A stretch of 58,864 nt of DNA, filler included. It is 24 parts of 24 records of this genome, joined end to end, with 100 filler letters (N's around TTAATTAATTAA, not from the genome) between each part and the next. Parts side by side here need not be neighbours in the genome. Positions count along the whole stretch, not along the records: positions 21,539 to 23,722 come from SRR36015645_453704; positions 23,823 to 25,863 come from SRR36015645_473431; positions 25,964 to 28,121 come from SRR36015645_478813; positions 28,222 to 31,687 come from SRR36015645_495143; positions 31,788 to 34,439 come from SRR36015645_507379; positions 34,540 to 36,626 come from SRR36015645_529199; 18 more parts are not named here. One strand, 5' to 3'. Position numbers and translations under genes: made by a program. Every line of letters starts with the position of its first letter. Positions within the stretch are counted from its first letter, which is position 1. The notes beneath the pieces are model-generated. The model worked only from the letters and a program-made list of their open reading frames with translations, was not told the origin of the DNA and ran no database searches. Below are positions 22,165-34,540 of this stretch, piece after piece.

Positions 22165-23169
22165 CTATACACAATAATTTCCTAGACCAAGTTCCTTATA
22201 ATCCGGTATTAAACCAATCTTACGCAGATCCTCCGGTGATGAGATTTTTACCTTATCTGGTTGATTAGGGCGTTTTTTTAGCATGCACAATATTTCTCCA
22301 TCTCTGGTATATACATACTCTACTTTGTTTGATTTCTTCGCAGCATGTAACATTTTGAAACGTAGACTTGTTAGGTCCTCGTTTATGTACAGATTACTCT
22401 TGCTTACATTGTTCTTTGATTTTAATTTATGTTTGTTTTTCATAATCTGCACCTTATTTGAGCAGGAAGAAAGTTGGACAAAGACAGGTCTTGCTTTGTC
22501 CCCCTTCCTCCCCGCTCTGTAGCAGGTAGTGATATCATCGTTAGAAATTGTGACATTAATACTGTCACAAATGCTGATTATTTTAACTTTAAGTTCCTCA
22601 GCCTTTTCTCCCTCACCATCACCCTCCACACCATAAAATCTTAGGTTACACGCCAGGCGATGTTGATCGTTTTTATCATTACTAAGGTGTAGTAACAGTA
22701 ATTGACTTTGCATTGCAGTTATGGTATTGGATAAATCCTCCTTAATTTCACTGCTGGTACTGGTATTTGGTCTATTCTCAAGCTTTACAACTTTGGACTC
22801 GATTGTCTCGAGCCTTACATTTATTTCGGAAAGGTTATCATTTGTTTGTTTAATGAAGGTCAAGACCTTTTTCAAACCAGGTATTGCTTTTTGACAAAAT
22901 TTACAGCTCCATAGAACACCCATAGCATCAGCATTTTCTTTAAGCCAATTATACTGGTCCATGGTGACACCAGTGCACTCAAGACAAACCCATTCCTCAC
23001 ACAGATCGCAGAAGAGTGCCTTGGTGTCATCATGGACATTCTTTTCACATTCTTTACATGGATATTCATCAGACTTACCTCTTTGCTTCTTCGACTCTAC
23101 CTGCGGTGAATTTCCATCTGAAAGATTCCGTTTAGGCCTATTTTCTCCACTTTTCTCAGTCTGACTCAT
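22165..23169 (-). CDS. LINE ORF1p with N-terminal PHD-type finger, coiled coil and L1-type RRM/CTD
   Basis: CKEC..CDLCEEWVCLEC..WSCKFC finger; NLRFYGV, CYRAG, RPVFVQL, YINEDLT, YTRDGEI. Confidence 0.9.
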   Translation of the reverse strand: MSQTEKSGENRPKRNLSDGNSPQVESKKQRGKSDEYPCKECEKNVHDDTKALFCDLCEEWVCLECTGVTMDQYNWLKENADAMGVLWSCKFCQKAIPGLKKVLTFIKQTNDNLSEINVRLETIESKVVKLENRPNTSTSSEIKEDLSNTITAMQSQLLLLHLSNDKNDQHRLACNLRFYGVEGDGEGEKAEELKVKIISICDSINVTISNDDITTCYRAGRKGDKARPVFVQLSSCSNKVQIMKNKHKLKSKNNVSKSNLYINEDLTSLRFKMLHAAKKSNKVEYVYTRDGEILCMLKKRPNQPDKVKISSPEDLRKIGLIPDYKELGLGNYCV

Positions 23170-24123
23170 ATTTCCTTAAATATACGCACAAACTTTTGAT
23201 AAGTAAAGTGCACTTCGCGTCAAAAATTAGGCCATAAACTGTAAGCTTACATAAGGAAGGCCTATGTCTATGAGCTCCTTTGAATTCATGCAATAACAAG
23301 GGCTATTGTGGTAACAACAAATATTACAAGAATAAGAAATACAAGAATAAGAAAACACAGGGTATCACAAAGGCTAAGCTTAATGGTTACAAACAAATAA
23401 CGAGACTGGTTATTCTGGAGTTCTCTACCAACTTAACATGTTCTGATAAAACATAGGTAAGCTTTTACGCAGTTAACTAACAGTCGTAGGCAACATAGGC
23501 ATAGCAGGTGAGCATGGGCGTGGTAGTTCGAGTCAAGGATTACAAATGGCAATGAATGGCCCAGAGTACTTGTAAACTACAGAACTATAACTAAGTTAAA
23601 TAACACTGCGAATCACTGACTGCCACCGCTTAGCTAACGAATCGAGATTTCCTGTTGTACTAAAATGTTTGATCGTTGCACTAAAAATTAACATTTAGTC
23701 CATCGGCTAAATCGTCACTAATNNNNNNNNNNNNNNNNNNNNNNNNNNNNNNNNNNNNNNNNNNNNTTAATTAATTAANNNNNNNNNNNNNNNNNNNNNN
23801 NNNNNNNNNNNNNNNNNNNNNNCATTCATAAAACACGAAAATCAAACACTGCGGCGACACCCCCCAGTATTTACGCCCCTGAGAATAGCGGTGCCCTAAC
23901 GCAGTAGCATAACATCACCATCCCCTAGTATCGCCTATGCATGGATAATGACCGTGCCGCATGATCGTTGGCTGTTGCGTAGTTAAATGAATCATTGGCC
24001 ATTTGTATTATAGTTGTAGCTATAGTTATTCGAGAGCAGAAAACATTGAGAATGGCATTGTGGTTTCAATTAGACGGTGTTTCTAATATAAATACGCTTG
24101 AATAGGCCTACTGCTGCAGTATC

Positions 24124-25524
24124 ATGGGCGGCGGAGATTATTGCTGTGTCGCTGGGTGTAAAAATGATAGACGATATCAGGACAAACTTGTTAAGAGATC
24201 TCATGTCGAAAAAATGAGATGGCACGTATTTCCCAAGGATTCTGTTAACAGAGAGCATTGGATAAAACAAATTTCCAGAGGCTTAACTGATTTTGTCGTC
24301 GGAAAAGCTACAACTGTATGCAGCAATCATTTTGTTGATGGGCGGCCTACACGGGACAATCCATGGCCTACACTTTATCTTGTAGCTGCTGATCTAAAAA
24401 GAAAATCGCCCAAAAAAAGAAAACCCGCAGATCGAATATTTACACCAACGCCGAAAAGAAAACTGCAGGAAACAGAGGCAGGCCCTAGTGATGAGCCTAA
24501 AGAAACTGCTGAACCGCATTTAGATCATAGCGTGAAATGTGCCTTACAGTTTTGTCACTTAACTAAAGAGCATGACGTGCGGATGTATACAGGCTTGCCT
24601 TCGACCCGAAGTTTTCAAATGATTTTTGGTTGGGTGCAAGGAAAGGCAGCTGTCATGAATTACTGGAGGGGGGACGTCCAGACTGAGAAAGATATGGCAA
24701 CAAAAACTAATTTACTCGGTGAAATGTTTCCACAACATGCACAAGCGACTGCAAAACTAAAGCCTGGAACTCGAGGAAAACTGTCGCTAGAACAACAACT
24801 TTTGCTTGTGTTAATGAAACTACGTTGTGGTCTGACAACACACGATCTAGCATTTAGATTTGATGTTAGTGAAAGCACCATCAGCTCCATAGTTTTCACG
24901 TGGGTCAAACTTTTGTCGAAGGAGCTTGCATTTTTGATCATATGGCCCTCTCGTGAGGTGGTGAGAAAAAATTTGCCGTCAGTCTTTAAAGTGAAGTACA
25001 GGAAATGTGTTGCAATAATTGACTGTACCGAGTTCTTTGTCGAGAATCCTTCAAGTCTAGACATACATGCTACACTATACAGCGAGTACAAACATCACAC
25101 TACCGCGAAGGTTCTAATAGCCATTACACCGTGGGGATCTATAAGCTACAAGTCACAGGCATATGGTGGGCGAGCAAGTGACAAATATATTTCGGATGCG
25201 TGTGATCTTGTGAAGTATTTGCTCCCTGGCGATGAACTTATGGCAGATAGGGGCTTTAAAATACAAGACTTGCTGGCGTATACTGGGGCATCATTAACCA
25301 TACCACCTAGTTGCAGGTTTTCCCTGCCACATACAGAGTCACAAACATTGCAGACATCTCGAATAGCAAATGTTCGAATTTACGTGGAAATAGCTATTCG
25401 TAGGCTAAAGTGGTTCGGAATATTGAGCAAGGAACTGCACATTACGTTGCTCCCTCAGTTGGATGATATTCTCACAATATGCTGTGCTATAGTAAACCTC
25501 CATCCATCGTTTGTGAAAGATTAA
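24124..25524 (+). mobile_element. THAP-domain PIF/Harbinger-superfamily (ISL2EU-type) transposase, intact ORF
   Basis: THAP C2CH (CCVAGC..FP..W..VCSNHF..PTL), HTH (LVLMKLRCG..DLAFRF.VS.ST.S), DDE triad IIDCTE / MADRGF / RIYVE. Confidence 0.9.
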
Positions 25525-25963
25525 GTAAAAATTTAAAACATTTACAAATTGGTGAACGAGAAATAGCTGTGTTAATTATAACATTAATATTATTATTATA
25601 ACACTTTTCCTCTAGTTCATAAAAAAGTATTTCAAAATTGTTATTAAGTGAATAAAATTCGCCCAGATTATTCGCGTCGCTGCCCGGTGCGTGGGGTGCG
25701 ATGAATACGAGTCTTAACAGAGTGCGGCATTGGAATTCTCAAAATTGTACAGAGCCAATCACAGCCACGGATGCCGCGAAACCTACGATTACATTGCGGG
25801 TAATAATATTTTACGTTCTGTGTTCCAGAAATATCTTCGTAATTATTTCAATCTGAAACTTTANNNNNNNNNNNNNNNNNNNNNNNNNNNNNNNNNNNNN
25901 NNNNNNNTTAATTAATTAANNNNNNNNNNNNNNNNNNNNNNNNNNNNNNNNNNNNNNNNNNNN

Positions 25964-27890
25964 AGCTTACTGTGTTGGTGTACATTAGCTGGACGCATTT
26001 TATAATGAACGGTCCGAACCCAAAAGACTTCAAAACTGCTATGATGTATTTGTGGCTTATCCGATCAAAAGCCTTTTCTTGGTCTAATGCGAGCAATATT
26101 AGGTTGGTCTGTTCCTCATTGGCTTGAAAGAGTATGTCTCGTAGCAGATTTATGTTATCATGCATTTTTCGCCCCTCTATTCCGCAGGTTTGATCGGGAT
26201 GTACTATTGTCTGCATGACTTTTCGCATTCGTTGAGCTATCACCTTTGTAAAGACTTTGTAATCCGTATTGAGTAAGGATACCGGACGATAGTTTTTCAG
26301 AAACCTGTGATCTGCTTTCTTCTTTAATAGCAGTACAATAATAGCGATCCGTAACGATAATGGCAGCTCTGTCCCAGTTGATAAACATTCATTTAAAACC
26401 TCCACAAATGACTGTCCGAGAAGATTCCAAAAAACTTTATAGAATTCGTTGGAAATTCCGTCTGAGCCTGGAGACGTGTTGCTGCTGGCCTGCTTTAGGG
26501 CAATAGTGTATTCCTCAATCGTGAGCGGTGTTTCCAGTAACTCTCGTTGAGCTTCGGATATTTTTGGTATATCTCGAAGAATGGTATTAACTGCCTCATC
26601 TGATATTGCTTCTTCTTGGTATAGCTCGCTGTAGTAGGCAATGATATGGTTTCTGATACTCTCTTGGTTGTCTGTAGTAGTGCCATCTGGTAGTGTTAAG
26701 TTGCTGATGGAGTTTGATTTTGCGTTGTCTTTTTCTAATTGATAGAAGTAACGTGTGGATTTGTCTACTTCGTTGATGTGCTTAAATCTCGATCGAATGA
26801 GTGCACCGTGAGCTTTCTTTTTAAACATCTGGTTCAGTTGAGCTTTCTTTTCTTTGAATTGTTCATTCGTTTGTCTTGAATTAATCCCATCTTTAATAAG
26901 GTTATTGAGTTCCTCTTGTATTTGTCTTAGCATTAGTCTCTCGTCTCTGTTCTTTTTCCTTGAATATTGCACCGATATGCTCTTCACGTCTGCCTTGAAC
27001 ATCTCCCACCATTGGCCTAGCCGTCCCACGTAATTTGGCTTCTGACTTAACCAATAGTTAATGTAGTTCTCTATTATATCTTTATATTCCCGATCATCCA
27101 GCAACGAGTTATTTAACTTCCAACTCGAAAAAGCTCCAAATCGCTTTCTCCTCTTCGTGCCCTGTATTGATAAAACCACTGCGTCATGGTCCGATAGGCT
27201 GCAGGCTTCTATTTCGCATGTTCTTATGGTATTCTTTATCGCTTTGCTAACATATATCCTATCCAATCTGGCGCTGATGATGTTGTCGTTTCTTCGGTTT
27301 CTGTATGTATACTGTCTTTCATCTGCATGTGTGAGTCTCCAAATGTCCTTTAATTGAGTTTTGCTGACTACTTGTCTAAGTTTGTCTTGCAGCCGAGCGC
27401 GCCTTTCTGTTGTCCCATCGTGTCTGTCCAGGTTTGTTTGAAGTGTTACATTGAAATCTCCAATCAACATGAAATCCTCAATGCTGTTCTCGTCTCTATG
27501 CTTTATTAGCTTTTCCAGCGTTTCTAGAGCTTTTTGGTCATCTTGTGGCATGTAAATATTGTACGCACTATATAAAGTTCCTTGTATTTCATATTCCACG
27601 TACATCAGGTGTCCTTTGCGCAGCTCAACTACATTCTTCACATTGACTTCACTGTTCTTTTTAACGGCCAGTCCTACTCCTGAGAATCGGGTTGGGACTG
27701 AGAAAAAATAAAATTGGTATGGTAAAGAGCTCCAGAAGATTTTATCTGATGCTTGGTCGGCTGATATATTGGTCTCTTGCAGAAATACTATATCTGTGTT
27801 GTGTAAACTGATGTATTCAACAAATTGCTTTGCTCTTGTTTGCTGTGAGATTCCGTGAGTATTTATTGTAAGAATTATATGACTGGCCAT
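25964..27890 (-). mobile_element. L1/Tx1-clade LINE ORF2 (APE endonuclease + start of RT), 3'-truncated
   Basis: TINTHGI, FLQET, GDFN, RLDRIY, SDH, WKLN, SPGSDG, YRPVSLLNTDYK, DQEKAFD. Confidence 0.93.
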
Positions 27891-27912
27891 TATAATATTT
27901 TGTTAAGTCTTC

Positions 27913-28121
27913 TTACGCAAATCCATGTCTGTTTTCTTCCTTAATCTTTTTAAGGGATCTCAGTAAATAGTCAATCCTTCTTATAACATTTTTTGCATCT
28001 CCATTCTCACACATTAATCGATCTAGTCGTTTGTGGTTTCGCTCAAATGCAAGCTGTTCGATGAGTTGGTCTATGTCCGTTGGGTAATTCGACAATATAT
28101 TCTTTATTGTCACATTTTTGC
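27913..28121 (-). CDS. Probable C-terminus of ORF1 of the same L1/Tx1 element
   Basis: Open to the contig edge and ends 22 nt before the ORF2 ATG. Positional inference only. Confidence 0.55.
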
Positions 28122-28737
28122 NNNNNNNNNNNNNNNNNNNNNNNNNNNNNNNNNNNNNNNNNNNNTTAATTAATTAANNNNNNNNNNNNNNNNNNNNNNN
28201 NNNNNNNNNNNNNNNNNNNNNTCGCATACAGAGGAATTTTAGAGGTTCTCACAATCCAATTTAATCACAGGCACGCTGCGTCCATTATATGGGATCACTA
28301 CATGTATATAACCTCGAAGACAGGATACACCCGTAACTTGACATTCGAAATTATGCCAACCTCAAACTATTTTATACCACCCAGATAGCGTTATCTTATC
28401 TATGTCCGACCAAAGAAAAATAGCCAAAATCCGCATTATCTATCAAAAAGAAGGTATCCTACCAACCAAAGAAACGCAAATAATTAGAGCACAAGTGGTG
28501 CCACGTGTGAGCCGTTTATACACTATGTACAAAACTCAACATCACAATATCATGCTTACGCATGATGCAGCGGAAGAGATTACCTCTACAACAAGACAAT
28601 AATGAATGATGGACCCCTGTCCAACACAACACACCGTCGATCATTAATCCAAGAATTATGCATAAACCTAAGTACAAATTTACAGTGCTATACCATTGTT
28701 CACCACTCCCATATGTTTTGACGAACAGATGCCGAAT

Positions 28738-31686
28738 TTACAACCTGACAATGGCCCCTATCGAATTCCACTGCCGCGGAATAGGACAGACATCCGTCCT
28801 GTGTACTTTCCTACTTGGTCCGCCAGAACGTGGACAAATAGTGACCAAATCACCATGTTCATTTACACTCTGCACCACATATTCTTCCTCATGATAGTGG
28901 TTTGCTATCTTGTGGCGACCTGGAAATGCATATTTTCTGAATAATACCAGATCATGGACTTTTATTGGCTCTACATTCACTTTTCTTTCTCTCGTGTCCC
29001 TTGTCTTCTTGTTGATGGTTTCTTGTTGTTTTTCAGCCACATTCCTGGTACATTTCATGTACTCCTTTTGTTGATTCACAAAATCCGTTACTTCTTGGTC
29101 CTCTGAATCATGATCATTCAACAGGAAATCAATTGGCAATTTTGCTTCTCGCCCAAACATCAGCGAATACGGAGAGATGCTAGTTGATGCATGAGGTGTG
29201 GTGTTGTAAATGAAAACTAAATGAGACAGCATCCTTGGCCATTCTCTACGTTCTTCTTCACTCAATGATCGAATCAAACCACAGAGAGACCGATTGAATC
29301 GTTCCGACTGTCCATTGCCTTCAGGTCTGTAGGGTACCGTTCTTGTTTTACGTATACCATACAATTTACATAGTTGTTGGATTACATCACTCTCGAAACA
29401 TCTTCCCTGATCCGAATGCAACTTTTCGGGAATTCCAAACCTTGTAATCCATGAATCTCTCAAGACCTTTGCTACAGTTTCTGCGGTTTGGTCTTTGCAA
29501 GGAATGGCCTGTGAAAATTTTGTGTAAACATCCGTAAACACAAGCACATTGTCAATATTCCCTTTACCTTTGTCCATTTTTAAGAAGTCGGTGCATACCA
29601 TTTCTAAAGGTCTCGATGCCTTTATGTGTCTGAAAGGTGCGCGGAATCTGATTGTTGGTGGTTTTGATACTCTGCAATCATAACACGTTTTGACATATTC
29701 TTTTATATCTTTCTCCATTCCACACCAATAAAACCGCCTGAATATCAAATTGTGTGTTCGTTTTCCGCCCTGATGTCCCCACTTATCATGCAGTTCTCGG
29801 ATTACATTCAATCGCATGGAAGTTGGTACAATTATTTGTGTCAAGGCAATATTAGCACGATCATGTGCTGTCTTACACAATAAACCATTGTGTATGTGTA
29901 ATTGACCCCATTTCTGCAAGATTTTTCGTGTTGTCTTGGAACTTTCCCGAGAATGCACCCTTCGACCCTGTGACACTTGATCATAGACTACCTTTATGTC
30001 CTCATCCGCTTGTTGTTGTGCAATTATATCGTCCCTCGTCCAACAAGGCAGTACATCTGATCCTGACAAAGCATCTTCTGTTTCCATTGCCCCAGCATTC
30101 ACGTCCAGTCTGTTGTCCAACTGTTTCTTCATTGCAGAAGGAACAGGACACACTTTGGCTGAAAGACATACCATGTGATTGACTTCCACAGAACTCAGTG
30201 CTTTCTGGTCATCCCCTCTTCTGCTCAATGCATCGGCAACCTTGTTATATAACCCTCTCTTGTACTTTATCTCAAAGTTATAGGTTGCTAAGTTGGACAT
30301 CCATCGTTGTTCGCAGGCTCCCAGCTTAGCCGTATCTAGGTGTACTAATGGATTGTTGTCCGTGTATACTATGAATTTTTGTCCATACAGATATTCTTTA
30401 TATTTTTCCGTTATTGCCCATTTTAAAGCCAGGAATTCTATCTTGAACGAGCTGAAATTTGAGTAATTCTTTTCAGCTCCTCGGAGTGTTCTACTTGCAT
30501 AAGCAATTGGATGAAGGAGGCCTTCTTCGTCATACTGTGACAAACATGCTCCAAGCCCTTTTAAAGAAGCATCTGTTTCCAAGATAAATGTTTTGTTGAA
30601 GTCTGGATAAGCTAAAACGGGTGGTTTAGACAAAACCTCCTTGAGTAACCTAAATGCCTCTTCAGCTTCTGGTGTCCATTTGAATGGCATCGTTTCCTTC
30701 TTCCTCTTTTTGCTTTGTTCTTTGTGTGTCGAAGGTAACAATGCAGTCAACGGTGCAGCAATAATGGAAAAGTCTTTAATAAATCGTCTCATATATGATG
30801 CCAATCCCAAAAAGGATCTAAGATCATCCACTGTCTTTGGGGTGGGCCAAGAAACAATCTTCTGCACCTTATCAGGACTTGCCTGTATTCCCTGCTCACT
30901 GACTACGTGTCCCAAAAATGCAACTTTCTTTGTGAAGAAATGGCACTTTTTCCCTTTTATCTTCAGTCCATAGTCACGCAATCGTGAGAACACCTTTTCT
31001 AAAGTCGCTAAATGGTCCCAAAAATTTCCGTCATAGACCAAAACATCATCTAGGTATAGTATAAGTTTGTTCATGTGTAAATCGCCGATACAATCTTCCA
31101 TTGCCCGAGAGAACGTTTGACTTGCTGTAGACAAACCCATTGGCATTCTAAGCCATTCGAACAAACCAAAGGGTGTCCTAAAAGCCGATTTTGGAATAGA
31201 TGCAGAATCTAAAGGTATCTGGTGATAACCATGAGCCAGATCAATACTAGAGAAATATTTTGCTCCCCTCAATGCATCAAGACATTCATCTATTCTCGGC
31301 AACGGAAATGCATCTTGCACAGTTTTACGGTTCAGTAGTCGATAGTCCAAACACAGTCTGATTTTATTATCCTTCTTCCTCACCACAACAATTGGTGACG
31401 CATACGGACTAGTGCTTTTCCTTATTATCCCCTTATCTATGAGTCCTTGTACGTGCTCTCTCACTTCCTGAATCGCGTTAGGGTGTATACGCCTGTAAGG
31501 TAAATTTACAGGTATATCATCTTTTAATCGTATCTTATGAGAAATACGATTATATGTACCAATATCAAATTCATCTTTTGAGAAGACGTCATCATGTTTT
31601 TGCAACAAGTCGATTATTGGCCGCTTCAAACATTCCGGAAGCTCTTCCCATGTATACCCCTCAATCGAACTATCAGACATATTTAC
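28738..31686 (-). mobile_element. Ty3/Gypsy pol: RT - RNase H - integrase, 5'-truncated
   Basis: SPYASP, RLCLDYR, IDLAHGYHQ, MPMGL, YLDD; TDASLKGLG, TDNNPL; H..GH..CYDC; TDF, SDQG, GQSERFN. Confidence 0.95.
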
Positions 31687-31787
31687 TNNNNNNNNNNNNN
31701 NNNNNNNNNNNNNNNNNNNNNNNNNNNNNNNTTAATTAATTAANNNNNNNNNNNNNNNNNNNNNNNNNNNNNNNNNNNNNNNNNNNN

Positions 31788-34439
31788 TTGCTGGCATGTT
31801 GAACAGCTTTTAACTTTTTCCTCTAGGTCGCTGTCCATTTTCGGCCACCAAAAGTAGTTACGTGCGAGCGCTTTTATTAGGACAATACCCGGATGTCCTT
31901 CGTGTAGCTCACTCATTGTAGTTTTGCGGCAGCTTTCCGGTACGATTACTCGTGTACCCCACAAAACACAACCATCGTGCACACTTAACTCGTATTTTCG
32001 CACGAAGTAAGGTTGCAGCTCGGGCTCAACCTTTTCAGGCCAACCATGCAAAATATACTCGTGAACTTTGCATAGTACTTTTTCCTTTTTGGTTTCCCTT
32101 TTTATATCCTCACTTTTTATCGGCGTCGTGTTTAGGAACTCCATTAACAGCACATTTTCTGCTGTTTCACTATTTGCGCACACATTATCCGTATTTGTCA
32201 CCAGCGGCAGGCGACTTAATGCATCGGCATTCTGGATATCCTTGCCGGGTTTGAACACAAACACGTAATCGTAGGCGGCTAGCGTAATAGCCCAGCGTTG
32301 AATTCTGGCTGAAGCCATTGGCGGTACCTGTTTGCTTTCACCAAACAGGGTTAACAGAGGCTTATGGTCGGATATGATCACAAACTTTCGGCCATACACG
32401 TACTGGTGAAACTTTTTCACTCCGAAAATCGTAGCCAAACCTTCCTTTTCCACTTGGGAATATTTACGCTCAGCAGGTGACAACGTGCGCGAAGCATAGG
32501 CTATAGGCCTTTCGTCACCATTTTCCATTATGTGGGATAACACTGCCCCAACACCATACTGTGAGGCATCACAAGATAACACGAGATCCTTTTTTGGATC
32601 GAAATGCACAAGGAGCTTATCTGAAGACAACAACACCTTTACGTGATTTAGAGCTTTCGTTTGCTCTACACCCCAACGCCATACAACATCCTTACGTAGT
32701 AAGCGATACAGAGGAGATAACACGGTTGACAAACTCGGTAAAAACTTTCCGTAGTAGTTGATCATACCGAGCAGCGACTTAAGCTCAGTGACGTTTTTTG
32801 GAACCGGCACATTTTTGATAGCATCTACCTTATCCTCGAGTGGACTGATGCCATCTTTACTGATTTTGTGCCCAAGATATTCGATTTCATCCAACATGAA
32901 TGCACATTTTTCACGTTTCAGACGAAGACCTGCATCATTTACACGTGTAAGCACTTCCTGTAGATTTCGTACGTGCTCGTCGTCGTTTGGACCTGTAATC
33001 AGGATATCATCCAAAAACACAAGAACATTAGGAATTCCTTTTACCAGGTTTTCCATGGTACGCTGGAAAATCCCAGGTCCGGATTTTAATCCATAGGGAA
33101 CACGTGTATAGCGGTATAGGCCACGATGAGTATTAATCGTAACATACTGCTTCGAATTTTCATCTAGCAGCATTTGGTTGTACGCGTTACTCAAGTCGAC
33201 CTTCGAAAACTTTTCTCCGCCACCAAGCGATGAAAACAAATCATCTGTTTTCGGCACAGGATGATTATCCGGTTTGCACACTTTGTTAACTGTGACCTTA
33301 TAGTCACCACAAATCGTCACTTTGTCACTCTCCTTCACAATCGGCACAATTGGAGCAGCCCAGTCAGAGAATTGGACTGGCTCGATGATTCCTGCTGCCT
33401 CCAATCTATCGAGTTCCGCATCCACCTTCGGTTGAAGCGCGTACGGTAATTTTCGTGCCTTGTAGAAGATTGGTTTCACATTGTCATCAACATAGATTTT
33501 TGCTGTGACATTCTTGAATGTTCCGAGTTCTTTACGAAACACATCACTGTATTTATCCAGCAAAGGCTCAAGGTTAGCACGATCATTGCTCACAGTGAAT
33601 ATTTTGTTCCAGTCAAGTTTTATGCTTTCCAACCAGTCTCTACCAAAAAGACTTGGACCCTGTTTTACGATTAACAGCGGCAAACTGGTCTCGTGGTTGT
33701 TACACAACACATTTACTTGCGTTTTTCCGATCACGTCAATGTGCTCGCCAGTATATGTCTTCAGCACAGTTTCTGTATCTCGAATTTCTGGTGCACGTGA
33801 CTCACTAAACAACTGGTCGAATGTTTCTTTACTAATGATCGAAACAGACGCACCGGTATCCAGCTCCATTTTTAGCGGAATGTTATTTAGTTTCACATCA
33901 ACAAACAAAGGCTTTGCTGCTCTATAGCACGAGCTCACAGTGAACATACTCGCCTCGTTTTCAGAGTCACTTTCTCTCAGTACAGTTTGTTTGACGCTCT
34001 TAGCACTTTTTGCTCGGTCATATTTGTCCACATACTGTCTTTGGGGACTGCCTTTTTTAGCTCTACAGGCTCTGGCTATATGTCCTCGCTTCTTGCAGTT
34101 GTGACAAATTGCTTCCTTAAATTTGCATTGGCTCGGGTTGTGTGGCCCACCACACCGATAACACTCAGCTCTTTGCTTGTAGCTGCTGGAGTTTTTATGT
34201 CTGTCTACTTTGTTAACGTCAGACTGTTCAGAGTTTTTAAGATCTTCCGCATTTTTCACGGCTGTCTCCATGGCTATGCATATTTTCATAGCCCTCGCAA
34301 AGTCTAATGTCTGCTCAGCCAACAAACGGCGCTGTATGTGTTCGTCGTTTATACCACAGACCAGCCTGTCACGCAACATTTCCTCTACGTTTTGGAATTC
34401 ACAGTGTTCAGATAACTGTTTCAGTTCAGCTATGTACGT
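31788..34439 (-). mobile_element. Ty3/Gypsy (Mag-like) single-ORF gag-pol: gag, 2 zinc knuckles, protease, RT, RNase H, IN zinc finger; both ends truncated
   Basis: LRDRLVCGI, CYRCGGPH..C, CHNCKKRGHIARAC, LDTGAS, WAAPIV, ICGDYK, FLDD, CDASQYGVG, SDHKPL, HEGHPG..CSTC. Confidence 0.94.
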
Positions 34440-34540
34440 NNNNNNNNNNNNNNNNNNNNNNNNNNNNNNNNNNNNNNNNNNNNTTAATTAATTAANNNNN
34501 NNNNNNNNNNNNNNNNNNNNNNNNNNNNNNNNNNNNNNNT

